This document shows, piece after piece, positions 13,030-26,514 of a DNA stretch of 64,000 nt. The number at the start of each line of letters is the position of its first letter. Positions within the stretch are counted from its first letter, which is position 1. Under the pieces are notes generated by a model. That model was given only the letters and a program-made list of their open reading frames with translations, was not told the DNA's origin and made no database searches. The position numbers and the translations under genes are program-made. Source of the stretch: Ostrea edulis (lineage: Eukaryota); the NCBI RefSeq assembly GCF_947568905.1, contig NC_079164.1, positions 110,794,001 through 110,858,000 of the forward strand. Direction: 5' to 3'.

Positions 13030-16000
13030 AATTCACATTCACAATTTCACAAATGCACATAGTCGTATTCGTCACGAAACCTTAATGGCTTTTTCACTTC
13101 ACGCCCAGATTTTGTTTTCACCGAATTTGGTATTACTTCACATCTGGATCCTGATTCCACGGTGCTTGGTCCAGTTGGAATACCTTTTCACGGCTGCATG
13201 TCTTCCCCCTTTGCTTTCTCTAGATTACGACTGCCTGGTTTGAGTGTTTGTGTTCCTTTTTCCTTCATCAGGATTCTTGGGCTGTAGGTACATTCACTGC
13301 TGTACGGTTTCAGGTTAAATTCTTCCTCTATGGTCACACCTTTATGAACTGATTTCGTAGATTTTAAGTCACATCTGTTCCTACGGTACTTTTTACCATT
13401 GCTCGTTTCAACAATATAGAACGAGGGGTTTCAGGCTTTTCCACAACAGATCCATGCATCCATTTTTCGTTGTGCTTGATCATCACATTTTCTCCTTGAA
13501 CTAATTGTTTCAAGTCAGATGCTGAGACATGCCGATCAAATTTCCTTTTCCGCTTAGCTTAACGAGTCATGAGGCTCTCTCTGCCCAATTCTGCATTATG
13601 TGGTTTCAACAGAGTTGATGAAACAGGTAATTTTATTTTGAGTCTCCTAGCTAAGAATAGCTGAGCTGGCGATAATCCAAGTTCTTCCAGGGGAGTATTC
13701 CGATAATCAAAATAACAACGTGAGGATCATTTGCTTTTTTAAGCAAGTGTTTTATTGTTCGGATCATACGCTCCACTTGTCCATTGGATTGTCGATATTG
13801 AGGGCTTTATGTGACATGACGGAATTCGTATTCCTTTGCGAATTTCCGGAATTCAGCACTGGCGAATTGAGGTCCATTATCCGACATGGCTTCATCTTGA
13901 ATACCATATCTTGCAAATTGGCTCCTAAGGTGTTGAATAACACAGTTGGATGTAAACTGATCTAGTTTTGCTATCTCTGACCATTTCGAATAACAGTCCA
14001 CTGATATGAGATACTGGTTTCCACAGAATTCAAACAAGTCCATGGGTATTTTTGACCAAGGTCGGTCTGGGACTTATGAGGAACAAGGCTTTCCCTTGGA
14101 TTTTCTCTTTGCTGACAATCACAAATGCTGCATTTGGAAATGATGTTTTTGATGTGGCTTCCAATGGAAGGCCAAAACATGACATGCCATAGCTTTGCAT
14201 TATACAATGCTTAAATGATAGTCATGAGTTATCTCCAACATCTCTTTGCGACAAGCTTGCAGTATCACTAGTCGTAAACCCTTGTATATCAAACCATCTA
14301 TACAAGCAAGTTCATATCTGTAATTCCAGTAGGTACTTATTTCTGTAGGAAGTTGATAATGTCTCCCTGGCCATCCTTATATAATAGCTTTCCTGAGCAA
14401 TATCATTTCTAGATCTGCTGATGCTGCTTTCTGTAATTCAGCATAATGTTCTGGTGTTTTGGTAAGTACGACAAAGCATTGACAGAGAGCTCATCAACTA
14501 ACTTCTCAGTTGTCTCATTCAAATAATTTCTGAAAAGGTGATCAGCAACTGCAACTGTACTTCCAGGCTTGTATGTAACATCCAAGTCGTAACATTGTAA
14601 TTTGAGGACCATCTTCTGCAGACGAGCTGGAATTCCATGTAATGGTTTACGGAAAATTGATGGTAGAGGTTTGTGGTCATTTTCTACTTGAATTCTTCCA
14701 TAAACATATTGATGGAATTTCTGACAACCTTACACAATAGCCAATGTCTCTTTTCTAACTTTGAGTATTTCCGTTGTGTTTTGGTCAGAGCTCGTGATCC
14801 ACAAGCAACAGGTTTGCCACTTTGAACAATTACAGCTCCTAGTCCAGTTGAACTGCTGTCCACAGTAAGCAGAACTGGTTTCTCCGGATCAAAGTATGTG
14901 AGCACTGGAGTGTTTGTAACCACTCCTTGAGCTTTTTGAAACTTTGTTGTTTGTCTCCATCCCAATGCCATGGCACTTCATTTGAGAGTAACTGTCACAA
15001 TGGTGCGGATTCCTTAGATAGATTGGGTAGGAATTTGGCAAAATATTGAATGAATCCCATGAATTTTCTCATCTCCTTCCTGTTACTTGGTAGAATCATT
15101 TCAGTCACTGCTCGAATTTTCTCTGGATCTGCCTTCAGTCCTTCATTACTTAAAACGTGGCTAACATAAGTTATTTCCTGTTTGCGGAATTCACATCTGT
15201 CTGCGCCAAGTTTCAGATTATATTATCTGGTTCTATCGAAAACTTTCTTCAGTCGTTGATCATGTTCCTTGAAAGTTCTACCCCATATAAGGATACCATT
15301 CACAATCACTTCAGCACCTTCTATATCCTCCACCATTCGTGACATCACACTTTGGTATATCTCCGACGCACAGTTCAGACCAAATGTCATTCTCAAGAAT
15401 CTAAACCTTCCCAGAGGTGAGTTAAATGTACATAGCTTAGAACTTTCTTCATCAAATTGGATTTGCCAGAATCCAGAAATTGCATCCAACTTGGAGAAAT
15501 ATTTGGCACTCGGCATGCGAGAAACTATTTCATCAATAGTGAGCATAGGATAATGAGGTCGCTTTATAGCTGAATTGAGATCTTTGGGATCAACGCAAAG
15601 TCTAACTGAACCATTAGGTTTAATAACAGTCACTAAGCTTTTAACCTATTCCTTTGGTTCAGACTGTCGAAAAATGATTCCCTCCTGTTCTATTGTTTTG
15701 AGTTTGTCCTTGACCTTTTGGCGAAGAGCAACAAATATGCGTTTTAGTGGATGTACGACTAGTTGTACGGTTTCCGTTAAGTGTATGTTGTGTTTACCAG
15801 GTAAACAGCCAATTCCGAGGAATAAATCTGAATAGTTCTTCTGTATGAACTGTTCTATGAGGTTCTCATCAGTGTCAATAGTCGACTGTGACACACTAAA
15901 CATTTTCTGTACTAGTCCAATCTCATGGCTTGATTATGGTCCAAGTATGGTTGCTGTTTTAACTTGTACCACTTCAAATGGAATGTTGACAGTGTCCTTG

Positions 16001-16600
16001 TTAAATGTGCATGGTATCACAATACGTCCTTTAGATTCCATGGTATGTCCACTGAAACTATTCAACAAGGCATTCGATTTCTGCATCGATTTTTGGAATT
16101 TCAGAGTTTGTAAAACACTGTGACTGACAACATTACATATGGCTTCGGTGTCCACATGCATGATAACAATTTTGTTATTCACTTTGCACTTCACTGTCCA
16201 GTCAGATTTTGGGGTCACTGAGTTCACATCGTGTATAACACCCATAAATATACCACTACCACCACCAGTCACTTTCCTTACTTGTACTATCTTTACCTGT
16301 ATACTCATCCTGCACTAAGATGATTTTCTTCTGTTTCTGACTTTCCTTAGTTTACTTGTGTCGGTCTAATTGTTGACGTTTAGATATGCACATACTGGCA
16401 AAGTGGTCTGGGTTGTGACACAAATTATATGATTGTCCTATGGCAGGACACTTTTCCTTACGTGAATGCTCATATCCACAGCGGAAACATTTCTTCTGTT
16501 TCTCCTTATATGTGCGAGGTGTGTGTTGCCTCTTCTTCATCACCATATTCACATGATGATCCTCTTCTGTAAAGTTTATGGTTTTGAGTTGTTTCTGTTG
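13030..16600 (-). pseudogene. Decayed Ty3/Gypsy (Mag/K02A2.6-like) gag-pol: CCHC knuckles, protease, RT, RNase H, integrase
   Basis: Fragmented ORFs: CFRCGYEH...C (gag), HVDTEA (protease, DTG altered), VRLCVDPKDLN / LDAISGFWQI / VIVNGILIWG (RT, DD altered), TPVLTYFD...VDSSSTGLGA (RNase H), DLFEF...VDCYSKW...SDNGPQF (integrase). PR-RT-RH-IN order. Many stops and frameshifts; no 5' LTR. Confidence 0.95.
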
Positions 16601-17672
16601 TAATTAACATTGTCAAAGCGCGAATCTAGAAAATAGAAAATATTCAAGGGGGCGGAGGGGGGGGGGGGTTCAACCTGAAGATTAAGTTTTTACTATCATG
16701 ATATACATTTTGTGGGGTTTTTTTTATCTTCTGTGTTAGGTTTTATAGGTTAGCTACCAAATAAAAACGCTCTTTAAAAAAGAAATTAAAATGACAAACG
16801 AATTTACAAATGGGTACATGTATGATCAAAAGTTCAATGTCTGACCCAAAAAATGCTAAATTCACGTAACGTAATTTGTATTAACGCCCCACCAATTTCA
16901 AATTAAATTTGATGAATGTTGAAAATAATGAAAATCAGTGTGTGAAAATCGATGTCGGATGACATAAACTTACAAAAGTTTATCCCCCCTCTCCTAACTA
17001 TTTAAGTTTAGATTTTTATCCGATATCCAATGCGATGCAGTAATAATGTTCCCGGAAAAAATATAGATACCATACTCTGATATCTCTCTTTCTCTCGCAC
17101 TATCTTTGTAAAACCATAATCAAATGGGTGTGTGTGTTGCAACATCAGTACCCCCCTCTAGATCAGCTAATGTAATGTACATGCGTTGTTGCACATGTAA
17201 TTCTGCCTATCTAATTGTGTTTTGGTCGTCCAAAATATTGAAATTTTTTAATGAAGAATTGATGATATGCTAAAAATACCATGACCCTGATCTAAATAAG
17301 TAAATGACGAATATTTACAGAATTTGTTACATCATGACCCAACATTGCCTACGAAAAAATCACACAATGAACATTTAAGTAAAATCAGTGACTTAAATTA
17401 GTTTACAGTCACATATTAGTTTTCATGAATTGAGGACCGCATCGTGTTGTGCGTCCCCTGTATTCAGGGGGAAATAACTCGCGCTGCATTGTGAAAAATG
17501 TATTCCATTTAGAGATGATTTTATTCAAATATAAGAATTTTTACCACGTGAAATTACGGAAACTGGCAAAATCAGAAATTTAACGTACAACGTCACAGTA
17601 AAAAAATATATTTAGTCGATGGGAATTATATAGATCAATCGGACAAGCGTAAACTCTATATAGCCTGGATAG

Positions 17673-17882
17673 TCAAGATCGTAGCGACTAGCCTAGGGGC
17701 TAGGTATGGTGGCTAATTTGTGCAATTTTACAATGTGTTGTCTTTTCGTTTTTCTGAGGTGAATTAAATATCGTTTTGTTGTCTTTTCGCCTCGAAATAA
17801 CAAACAGACGATGACGTGTAAATCGGCAGAAATCAAGCACCATACCTACATGTAACCCCTAGACTAGCCGCTACGATCTTGA
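17673..17882. mobile_element. 210-bp MITE with 27-bp TIRs
   Basis: TCAAGATCGTAGCGACTAGCCTAGGGG / CCCCTAGACTAGCCGCTACGATCTTGA (2 mismatches). The outer TCAA/TTGA could be decayed TTAA, i.e. Kolobok-like GA...TC ends (inference). Confidence 0.8.
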
Positions 17883-18929
17883 ACGCAGCCCGCTGTTAAC
17901 TGGTATTGCGAATTAAGTTAACATCTTATACGGCTAGTTGCCTTATTGACCTATTAATCAGGCGCGTGTAATTAGCCCTGTTTGGAAGTGCAATTCTAGC
18001 ATTAGCATCATTTGTATAGCACTTGCTAGTTTAATAAGGATTTTAAAACACTTTCATTTGACATGATTGATCTAAAACGGCCAAAATTCTATTTAAATCA
18101 CAACCTGACCTTACGCCAGAAAAGTGTCACAGTGGGTTGATATTTTTCTCTTGGATGTTGAAAGAAATTCTTTATGCAACAGTTTCCAAATAAAATGTAC
18201 TCTCATGGCCATGGTGGGACTTCACCGAGAACTTTTTAACATTGCACAATGCAATATTTGTGGATTAGAGGCTGTTGCAGTTTCTTTAAGTTTTCTCTCA
18301 CATCTTGTTATTATATTTTATATTTTTGGTCGGGTTGTACAATGTGCAAACAGTTTATAAAATGGTGAATGACTGGTGGGCAAACGACAATAGCGTTCCT
18401 GTAATAGTACCTACTTTGTGTAATCAACGATACCTATTACCTATTAACTCCTCTTACAGCATTTATTTGACATCCGTTAGACCTTGAACAGCTGTTATGG
18501 AAGCATTGTAAATGTCCATTTGTCTTTACGGAAGTGATCAGGCATTTTTGAAAAATTTACATGTGCATGGTGAAGTTGAACTTCGTCATTTTTTTTTAAA
18601 GCATGGGACTTTATGTAACCAACTCAGCTTTTACTTAACATTTTCCAGACCCTGTACATTATAGATGTCATAAAAACATTGAAGATATACATGTAATATT
18701 TTAAAAATGCTTCTATTTTTTTCTGGAAAAAGTTTACCTTTAATTTGTCATTTTCCAGTATGTTTCTACTGTTGTTCCTATGATAGATAACATATTTTAC
18801 AAGAACCCGGTCATATCTGTTTTTGAATCAATTTTTTTTGAATATGTTAATGTCATTGTTCTTGAAATTCTATTAATTGCATTGTTATTGTGTTTTTGTA
18901 ATGACAGTTTATATAGGATCCCTTAATTT

Positions 18930-19120
18930 CGAGCAGACAGTACCAGAAGTGTGCCGCAAGTTTGCTGCAAACTGTGCTAGAAGTCTGCAGTAAGAGTATG
19001 CCGCAAGTTTGCCTCAAACTGTGTGCCAGAGGGAAAATTTGCATACGAAAAGTATACTTGCGGCAAATGTGCTGCAACTAGTTGCGGCAAACTTGCCGCA
19101 AATGCACTGCAAATTTGCAG
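18930..19120. repeat. MITE-like repeat with GCCGCAAGTTTG/CAAACTTGCGGC inverted motifs
   Basis: Repeated motif in both orientations; termini not resolved. Confidence 0.5.
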
Positions 19121-19689
19121 CAACTGTATGCCAAAGGGCTTATATTTTGTTAAGGATGTTACACTTCCCAAAAATTCCCGTCCCATAAATTTGGTGCCTG
19201 CACCAATGTTTCTTGTATCGTATTGTCATCCTTCTCTCGCCAGAGGGCGCGAGGAACTCTGGGTAGAGAATGATATTGTCATACGATAAAATCGGGATCA
19301 TATCAGCTCTATTGATAGATAATAATACATCCTATGCCCGATCCTAATTCATCACAATAGGATTTACAGTTCGTCACAGGATCGCAACGTCGCACTTGTT
19401 TGAATTAACAAAATGCAAAATATATTACGGAAACGAGGACTTGGCTGATTTGGAGAATACTTGTACAATTTATAACCAAGTTCCGGTCAGCTTAGTATAT
19501 TCCGTTACGCTACAACTCCAACATATAAGTAAGGGAGAGTTGGAAGCTGATTCACTATTCGGAACTAAGCAATATCTGATATATTTACGTGTTTGAAATA
19601 TAATTTAGTTTCCAAGACAGCAACATGGGTCATTGGAAACCACAAACATAAATGTAGTATAACCTACTATCGCCATCATTGTCAACAAC

Positions 19690-20056
19690 ATTTTTTCATA
19701 CTTGGTCACCATACGTGTTACAAATAGTATAACTTATCAGACCTGATATATGTGATAACACTATGGTCTAGTTTGCCAATACAACCTATCATTGGATTAA
19801 ATGCTATCGGACGTGTTTCGTACCGATTGTTATACCGTTCTTCAGCACACTGGTTTTGACTACGGATAACTCCGTTTACCTTATCAATATATAGAGATCG
19901 TGGCGGGTGTGGCCGGTCAACAGGGGATCCTTTCTCCTCCTAGGGACCTGATCCCACCTCTGGTATATCCAAGGGTCCGTGTTTGCCCAACTCTCTATTT
20001 TGTATTGCTTATGGGAGTTATGAGATTGGTTTTTATTCGATAGCTTCACTTTTCAT
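19690..20056 (+). mobile_element. Penelope-like element RT C-terminus remnant and 3' end
   Basis: CAATACAACCT...GACGTGTTT.ATACCGATTGTTA then GATAACTCCGTTTACC...; homologous to 30300-30596. Ends ~95 bp before exon C1. Confidence 0.8.
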
Positions 20057-20150
20057 GTGTTTGTAATATCTCCTTTTACTGAAAAATGTTCTCTTGCTAA
20101 GATTTTGCCAGCAAAAAATAGGAGACAAATCTTGAATTTTGATTCAATAG

Positions 20151-20447
20151 ATGCACCCCCTACTGTCCCACAACTGACAGCTGATGGATCTACGTCAGTG
20201 GATGAAGGACAGTCCATTACATTACGGTGTACTTTGTCGACGCTTGGTAACCCTCACATCACGTGGAGCTGGGTGTGTGGAGATGACACACTGACCACTG
20301 GAGTGACCAATACAGGGACGAAGTCAGTGCTGACATTGACAGGCAACAGAAAGTACAACCAGAGAACGTGTCAGTGTAGAGCCACAAGTCCACGACCGTC
20401 ATTGTCGTATAACAGGACGTCAGGAACACAAACCATCACTGTCTACT
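20151..20447 (+). CDS. Ig domain exon C1 (triplicated exon, copy 1)
   Basis: caatag acceptor. APPTVPQLTADGSTSVDEGQSITLRC...GNPHITWSWVC...YNQRTCQCRATS...TITVY. T|gtaagt donor. 297 bp, phase 1-1. Confidence 0.9.
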
Positions 20448-20595
20448 GTAAGTACATTTCTAAAAGTTTATACCCACATGAAGATACAGAGATTACTGTA
20501 ATCAAAGTTACTTTCACTTGGAGTTGATGTTTAAACAAGCATATATCAATCCGCGAGAAATATTAAAATTGCATCTGCATTTGATGGAACACTTC

Positions 20596-21840
20596 TAGTA
20601 TACCGGTCCCCAAAATATAACGCTAAAATAAGTGCCGCCAAAGGCGGTTTAGTATATATACAGTATACGATCGCATGAGCGATCGGTAAAATCATTAAAA
20701 CGGCAAAAAATCGCAAAATTAAGCCCCAAATTTAATTCCTTGTGTAACATGAAGTTTAAAAAACTGGTTTTTAAATAGTTTTTAAGATTCAATATGAAAA
20801 CAGAATGCAAAAATACGTGCATTTTGTGTTCCAAAATTGATAGAATCCGTTGTGTAGAAATATTGTGACGTGTGCGTTATCTTGCGTAATTCTCCTGAAT
20901 ATTATCGTCACTGATGTTGATGAAAGCAAACTGAATTTCTTCTTGGATTGAGAAAGGATACTGATTCTTCCTATTTTGCAAAAAAAAATATTCTAGTAAG
21001 TGCAACATTGGGGAAAAAACTTTTAAAAACGCTTTAATCCATATTTTAGCCCACGGATACATCCGAAATGGGGGCTGCTCCCAACGTCCTTGCTTAATTT
21101 CTTTAAAACCTATATAATAGACTCACATGATCACCTTGATTTATCAGGGGCTGCCGCTCCTGATCCGCCGCTTCCCATGTGATTTATCAATATTAGTGGT
21201 TGAAAGTGGAAAACTGTATTAATTTCCACTCATTTTAAAAGCTATCAGACATACAAAAACAGAAGTATGTGCAAATCACACATTTGCGTTGTACAGAATA
21301 TTTATAATAGATAAAAACTTGTTGAAATGACAAATTTTAAATATCAATAATTTAAAAAAGCTGCTAATTCATAAAAATGTATAAATTAATTGTGGATATT
21401 GGGGAAATCATGTATAATAAACATGCAGTAAACGCAATACCAGACTAGGAGTTATTGCCCTTGACAACATTTTTTAAATCATAAAAAATTGATTATCTAT
21501 GGAAAATGGAAAAAAATTCAATATCAATAGTTTACCAGATTTTTTATTTTATGCAGTGAATAGAATTCCTCTCAATGATATATTTCTAATATGCGCAAAT
21601 TTTATTTTGATAAAGATTTTTGCAAAAACCTATGACATCACATGAGGATCAATCAACCTTAAATACGCTCAATCGCCGCTGGGCTTTCTAATACATTTTA
21701 TTTCACGAAACATTAGCGAGATTCACGTCTCAGCATCCGAGGCGAAAATGCAAATGGCGGTGTGTTTACAGTCCGCTTAGCAACGACAAGGGGAATAACT
21801 GCTCACGTATAGTCGCGTGCTATTGGGGATCGGTATACTA
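20596..21840. mobile_element. 1.25-kb non-autonomous TIR element, TAG...CTA termini (Academ-like)
   Basis: TTCTAGTATACCGGTCCCCAA (20593-20613) vs TTGGGGATCGGTATACTAGAA (21823-21843): 21-bp inverted, 1 mismatch. Flanks GAACACTTC / GAAACTTC resemble a degenerate TSD. Confidence 0.6.
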
Positions 21841-22236
21841 GAAACTTCCCGTAATTACTCTGCTATTTAATATCCCTTTACATCGAATTTAATTTTGTAG
21901 TGGTCACGAAAAAAACACCCTAAAGAACAAGGTCTGTTTTTTTGCAATTGTAATTACCGTTACAGAAAGACATCTATTACTCAACCAATTTAGACACTCG
22001 AGTGCAAAACGTTAAGATCATGATATTGTTGAAATAGTTTGGAGAATTTTCATAAAATCAAAATAATGGTTATATGAATTCGATCCAATAGGAACATATA
22101 GATTATCATCATTGTTTCCAGAGACCACAAAGGCGTGTACTTTATTAGAAAATAAATTAAAATACATGTATCAGCGGGAAGAAAATTTACAGATATTACA
22201 TGTAATAATCGACTTGTAGGGGAGAAAACGGAGGTG

Positions 22237-22239
<3 letters not shown>

Positions 22240-22289
<50 letters not shown>
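22240..22289. repeat. (TA)n microsatellite
   Basis: Directly visible. Confidence 0.98.
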
Positions 22290-22292
<3 letters not shown>

Positions 22293-22470
22293 GATTATCT
22301 CCCTCATGCATAGCTCTATCCTTGGACGAATTTGGCTCCAATTTTTGGCACTCTAGTTTTCCTTTTACCTCTCACAAGTTTATTGTTATTTCGAATTTCA
22401 AAAATTTTGGCTTGAGCATCACTGAAGAGACATGCATCTGGCGCATCAGAATTGGTAACCGTATACGTTT
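22290..22470 (+). mobile_element. Interspersed repeat fragment (inverse copies at 35420-35815)
   Basis: AAGGATTATCTCCCTC...GAGCATCACTGAAGAGACA...GCATCAGAATTGGTAACCGTATA matches the reverse complement at 35420-35815. Confidence 0.7.
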
Positions 22471-22607
22471 TACATATGATAGTTTAATATTGATTTAATC
22501 GTTAACAAAGGATTTTTGGTGTTAATGACTGTCATTTACGATATCAGTAAGTAATACTTTATTCATAAAAGCATCATTGTGGCTATGGCTGCTTTCCCTT
22601 TAAATAG

Positions 22608-22904
22608 ATACACCCCCTGCTGCCCCACAACTGACATCTGATGGATCTACGTCAGTAGATGAAGGACGGTCCATTACATTACGGTGTAATTTGTCTACGA
22701 TGGGTAACCCTCACATCATGTGGAGCTGGATGTGTGGAGATGACACACTGACCACTGGAGTGACCAATACAGGGACCCAGTCAGAGCTGACATTGACAGC
22801 CAACAGGAAGTACACTCAGAGAACGTGTCAGTGTAGAGCCACAAGTCCAAGATCATCATTGTCATATAACAGGACGTCAGGAACACAGACCATCACTGTG
22901 TACT
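22608..22904 (+). CDS. Ig domain exon C2 (triplicated exon, copy 2)
   Basis: taaatag acceptor, open 297-bp frame, T|gtaagt donor. About 25 nt and 14 aa differences from C1 by hand count. Confidence 0.88.
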
Positions 22905-23971
22905 GTAAGTAAATTATGAAATTCAATAACTACATTAATTGATGTGTAGGAACAGTTCCCGACTTTGATCAGTTACAGGAAAGCGTTGATCCTTTCTTCA
23001 TTTTGTTTACTTCATCTTAACAAACGTCCACCTTTCGAGATTATAATGCATTGACGGTTTATATCCAACGGGATGAAACCCGAGGTTTGAAATATGGTTT
23101 ATCAAGAACACAGCAAAAAATATTTAAATCACTCAAATTATCAACATTTAAAATATATTCAGACAATGTCTAATTCACTTTCATTACCAAATTCATGAAA
23201 TAAGAATTAATGTTCATAGTAAGCCTATTTTGAAGTACTTTTCAAAGTCAAAGTCTGGTGCTGATTGTTTTCTGAATGTCCTGTTCTTCATTATAAAATG
23301 TTATTTATGTGACTTAGTGAGAAACGTGGACTTGCACTGCCAGTTGGTCAACTTTCCAACTGTGTTGTGAAATGGGATACATATATTGTTCATAGTGTAG
23401 CACAAGTTATTTCCCCTGAATACAACACGATGGGGTCATCAAATGATTGCGTCATTATATACGGATTAGATAGAGCATGTACTATTTCTAATTGTAATTC
23501 AGTGTCAGTTAGGGAATTTTTGTAGAAATTAAGTGCAATTACTGACCAATGACATCCCTGTACAACATTCTTAATCATTTATTATATTTATGTGTCTCGT
23601 ATGTGATTTATCGCAGTCCACGGTATCCTGTTTAGATCAGAATAATAAGGATGAGCAATTCGTCATTATTACTTTTTATCAATAGTATTGACGACCAAAA
23701 AAACTGCAATGAATATGCCAGAGATTACACATGCAACCAACGCATGTAATCATTAACTTTTAAGACTATGTGGACAAAATATGTAGAATAGTACATCAGA
23801 TGTCAATGAACGGAACACGTTTTTGTTTTAAGTATATCGAATCTGTATCTCTAATGTAATTTTTCTGTTGGAATCTGTTTTCTAACGCACGCGAGTGATT
23901 CAATTTCTTTTTAAAAAAATGTTTGTGTAAATCTATTTAACCAAAAGTACACACAAAATTTCATCAAGCAC

Positions 23972-23973
<2 letters not shown>

Positions 23974-24021
<48 letters not shown>
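23974..24021. repeat. (AG)n microsatellite
   Basis: Directly visible. Confidence 0.98.
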
Positions 24022-24022
<1 letters not shown>

Positions 24023-24926
24023 CTGCCTTATTTTTTCCAACAACGTACCATTATTGTTATCTTTACATGCTAGTCATTGTAACTAGAAAAGGTTAATCTA
24101 CAGTTTGTCCTCTTTTCTATATAGTAGTATTAAATGATTATGAAACCCCTCCCCTCCACGATTTAGGATTTAGAGCTTTTGGATTTTGTTATGTTTCTTT
24201 GTTTGATTTTTGCTTTTAAAGAATTTTCAAACAATAATTGTGAAGTCAACTTATCCTCCTCCCCCCCGCCCCTTTTTAAAAACAATGTTACATACCTGAT
24301 TGTATTTAAATATTATCGTATGGTTTTATAGTGATTTTGTTCCCAGGTGTCTGCTATTTATTATCATTTTTTTTTTTACAGAATACTCATGCAAATTGTG
24401 GTATTGATAGACTTGAACAGAATTAAGCACCAAATACTGGATACGTCTACCCCTCCCCCATTTACACCCCTTCAATTTAACGAGATGGATATTCTAAAAA
24501 GTGTTCTTTGAAAAATCGAATAAACTAAACTTTGTTTTTGTAAGAGATATGATACAACATGTTAAAATTCAGCCCATAATAAAGATACCGTAAGTTTTAC
24601 AATACCGTATTTGTCACTACTATTTAGGACCGCATCGGTATACACGCCACTTCCGGTTTAAAGACAGTAACTGCAAAATGAAGGCCATTAGAACAAAAAT
24701 GCAGCATATGGTATCATGTGCATGTCTCAGATATCTAATATTTTTAAATTCAAAATTCTTATTGAAGTGATTTTCAATGCATTGGAACGTACATGTAGTG
24801 AGTTACGTTTTTGATTCATTGATTTCACTGAATTGATATCAGTAACAAAATAATCTAATAATTACCGGGAAAATAGAACTTTAAGTACGGAGTAAATGTT
24901 TCTGATTTATAATTGCGTGCTTATGC

Positions 24927-24927
<1 letters not shown>

Positions 24928-24983
<56 letters not shown>

Positions 24984-25169
24984 TAAAAAATAAAATTGAA
25001 ACACGAAGACGTTTAGTAAAGCTTTAGCGCTTTCATTTCAAATCTTCAGAAGATTTAAAAAATGTAAAGCTTCTGAAGATTTGAAATCAAAGCGCTAAAG
25101 CTTTACTAAACGTAATCGTGTTTCATTTTTATTTTTTACCTATACTTTAACCGATCATTGCGAAAAGTA

Positions 25170-25217
<48 letters not shown>
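24928..25217. repeat. 161-bp hairpin element (24981-25141) between two (TA)n tracts
   Basis: 72-bp arms with 4 mismatches and a 17-nt loop. (TA)n at 24928-24981 and 25175-25217. Confidence 0.9.
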
Positions 25218-25220
<3 letters not shown>

Positions 25221-25849
25221 ATATCTTTTAATGCTATTGATACCATAAGGATGTGTTTGCTCTAAAATGTGCGTTTTAACGTTTAGAAATAGTTGTGAAT
25301 TTAAATACAAATATGATAATTGAAAACGATAGTAAAAGCGTTGCTGTATATAATTCTTGAATCTGCTGAATATTTAGAAATTTCGCAGGGTAATTTCAAG
25401 CGCATGAAACATAACTGTGTCACTTAATAAACTGTTTTAAAGACCGCATTAATGAATATTTTGATTCTAATTGGATGCACTCAAGACATGCCTGTTGCAT
25501 GATATTATACAATGACATCTGTATTTTATATTTTCTCTCTTGGCAGCCAGTATCTAGAATGTATGCAAATGATTTAATTAAAAACTTATTTCCCTAAAAC
25601 AGTTATAACTCTTATCTACATGGAATATACCGCTAACCCCCGTGTCTCGAATATCCGTCAAAAGGCAGTTTGATTAATTTTATGATCATGTAATGATGTG
25701 ACGTTCCTATAGGTGATAAAATACTAGGCCGATTTTAATTGAAAAATTTGATAATAATTGGCTTGAAGTGCGTTCACATGTGATTCAAACTATACGAAAT
25801 GAAAGTAAAATTAGTAGCGCCATATATATCATTCATTTTCTCCACAAAC

Positions 25850-25985
25850 ATAGGGGATGCTTACTCCTCCTAGGGACTTGATCCCACCTCTGGTGTGTTC
25901 ATGGGTCCGCGTTTGCCCAACTTTCTATTTTGTATTGCTTATGTGAGAGATGAGGTTGATCACTGTTCGTTATCTTCATCTTTCG
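25850..25985 (+). mobile_element. Penelope-like element 3' end
   Basis: GGGGATGCTTACTCCTCCTAGG...GATCACTGTTCGTTATCTTCATCTTTC. Confidence 0.8.
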
Positions 25986-26514
25986 TCTAAAGCACTGAAC
26001 GTTTATGCTAGCCAAATTCCTCTGTGATGGGGATTCTAGCCAAATTTATTAACTGGAACGAACCTCATAAAAATAGTGGTTAAACTATGCCTACTAAAAT
26101 GTATATACCTTCTGTCTGGAACAAATCTAATCTAAAGCTGCTGTGAATGGGAGTCATAACAAGTCCCTCCTTCCAAAGAACATACTATCTACTTTTCAGA
26201 CCTTCTTAAAAGATTCAGCTTTTTGAAAATCGTAGCTAGATACAATGTCTTAAGTGTTACTACAGTCTAGTTTGGCAGTGGGGAAGGAACACAACGTTAA
26301 TAGCCTTGCACTTCTGAAAACTGTATCACAATATATATCAACAGTCTCTGTCATTTGTTACATTTTATATTGCATATTATAAGCTATGAAAAAAAGTAAT
26401 ACATATCTTTTACCATTAAGGGGAGGTGTTCATAGTTTTCTAACAAACTTTCCACCAGGAGCACTGTAATGCAAAAGGCATAATTGAGACAAATATTGAA
26501 TTCTGATTAAATAG

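Noticed and set aside
20057-20150. N-terminal extension of ORF 20057-20527 as a standalone gene
   Set aside because: Homology with C2 and C3 starts at the AG acceptor and ends at the GTAAGT donor; the extensions are intron read-through.
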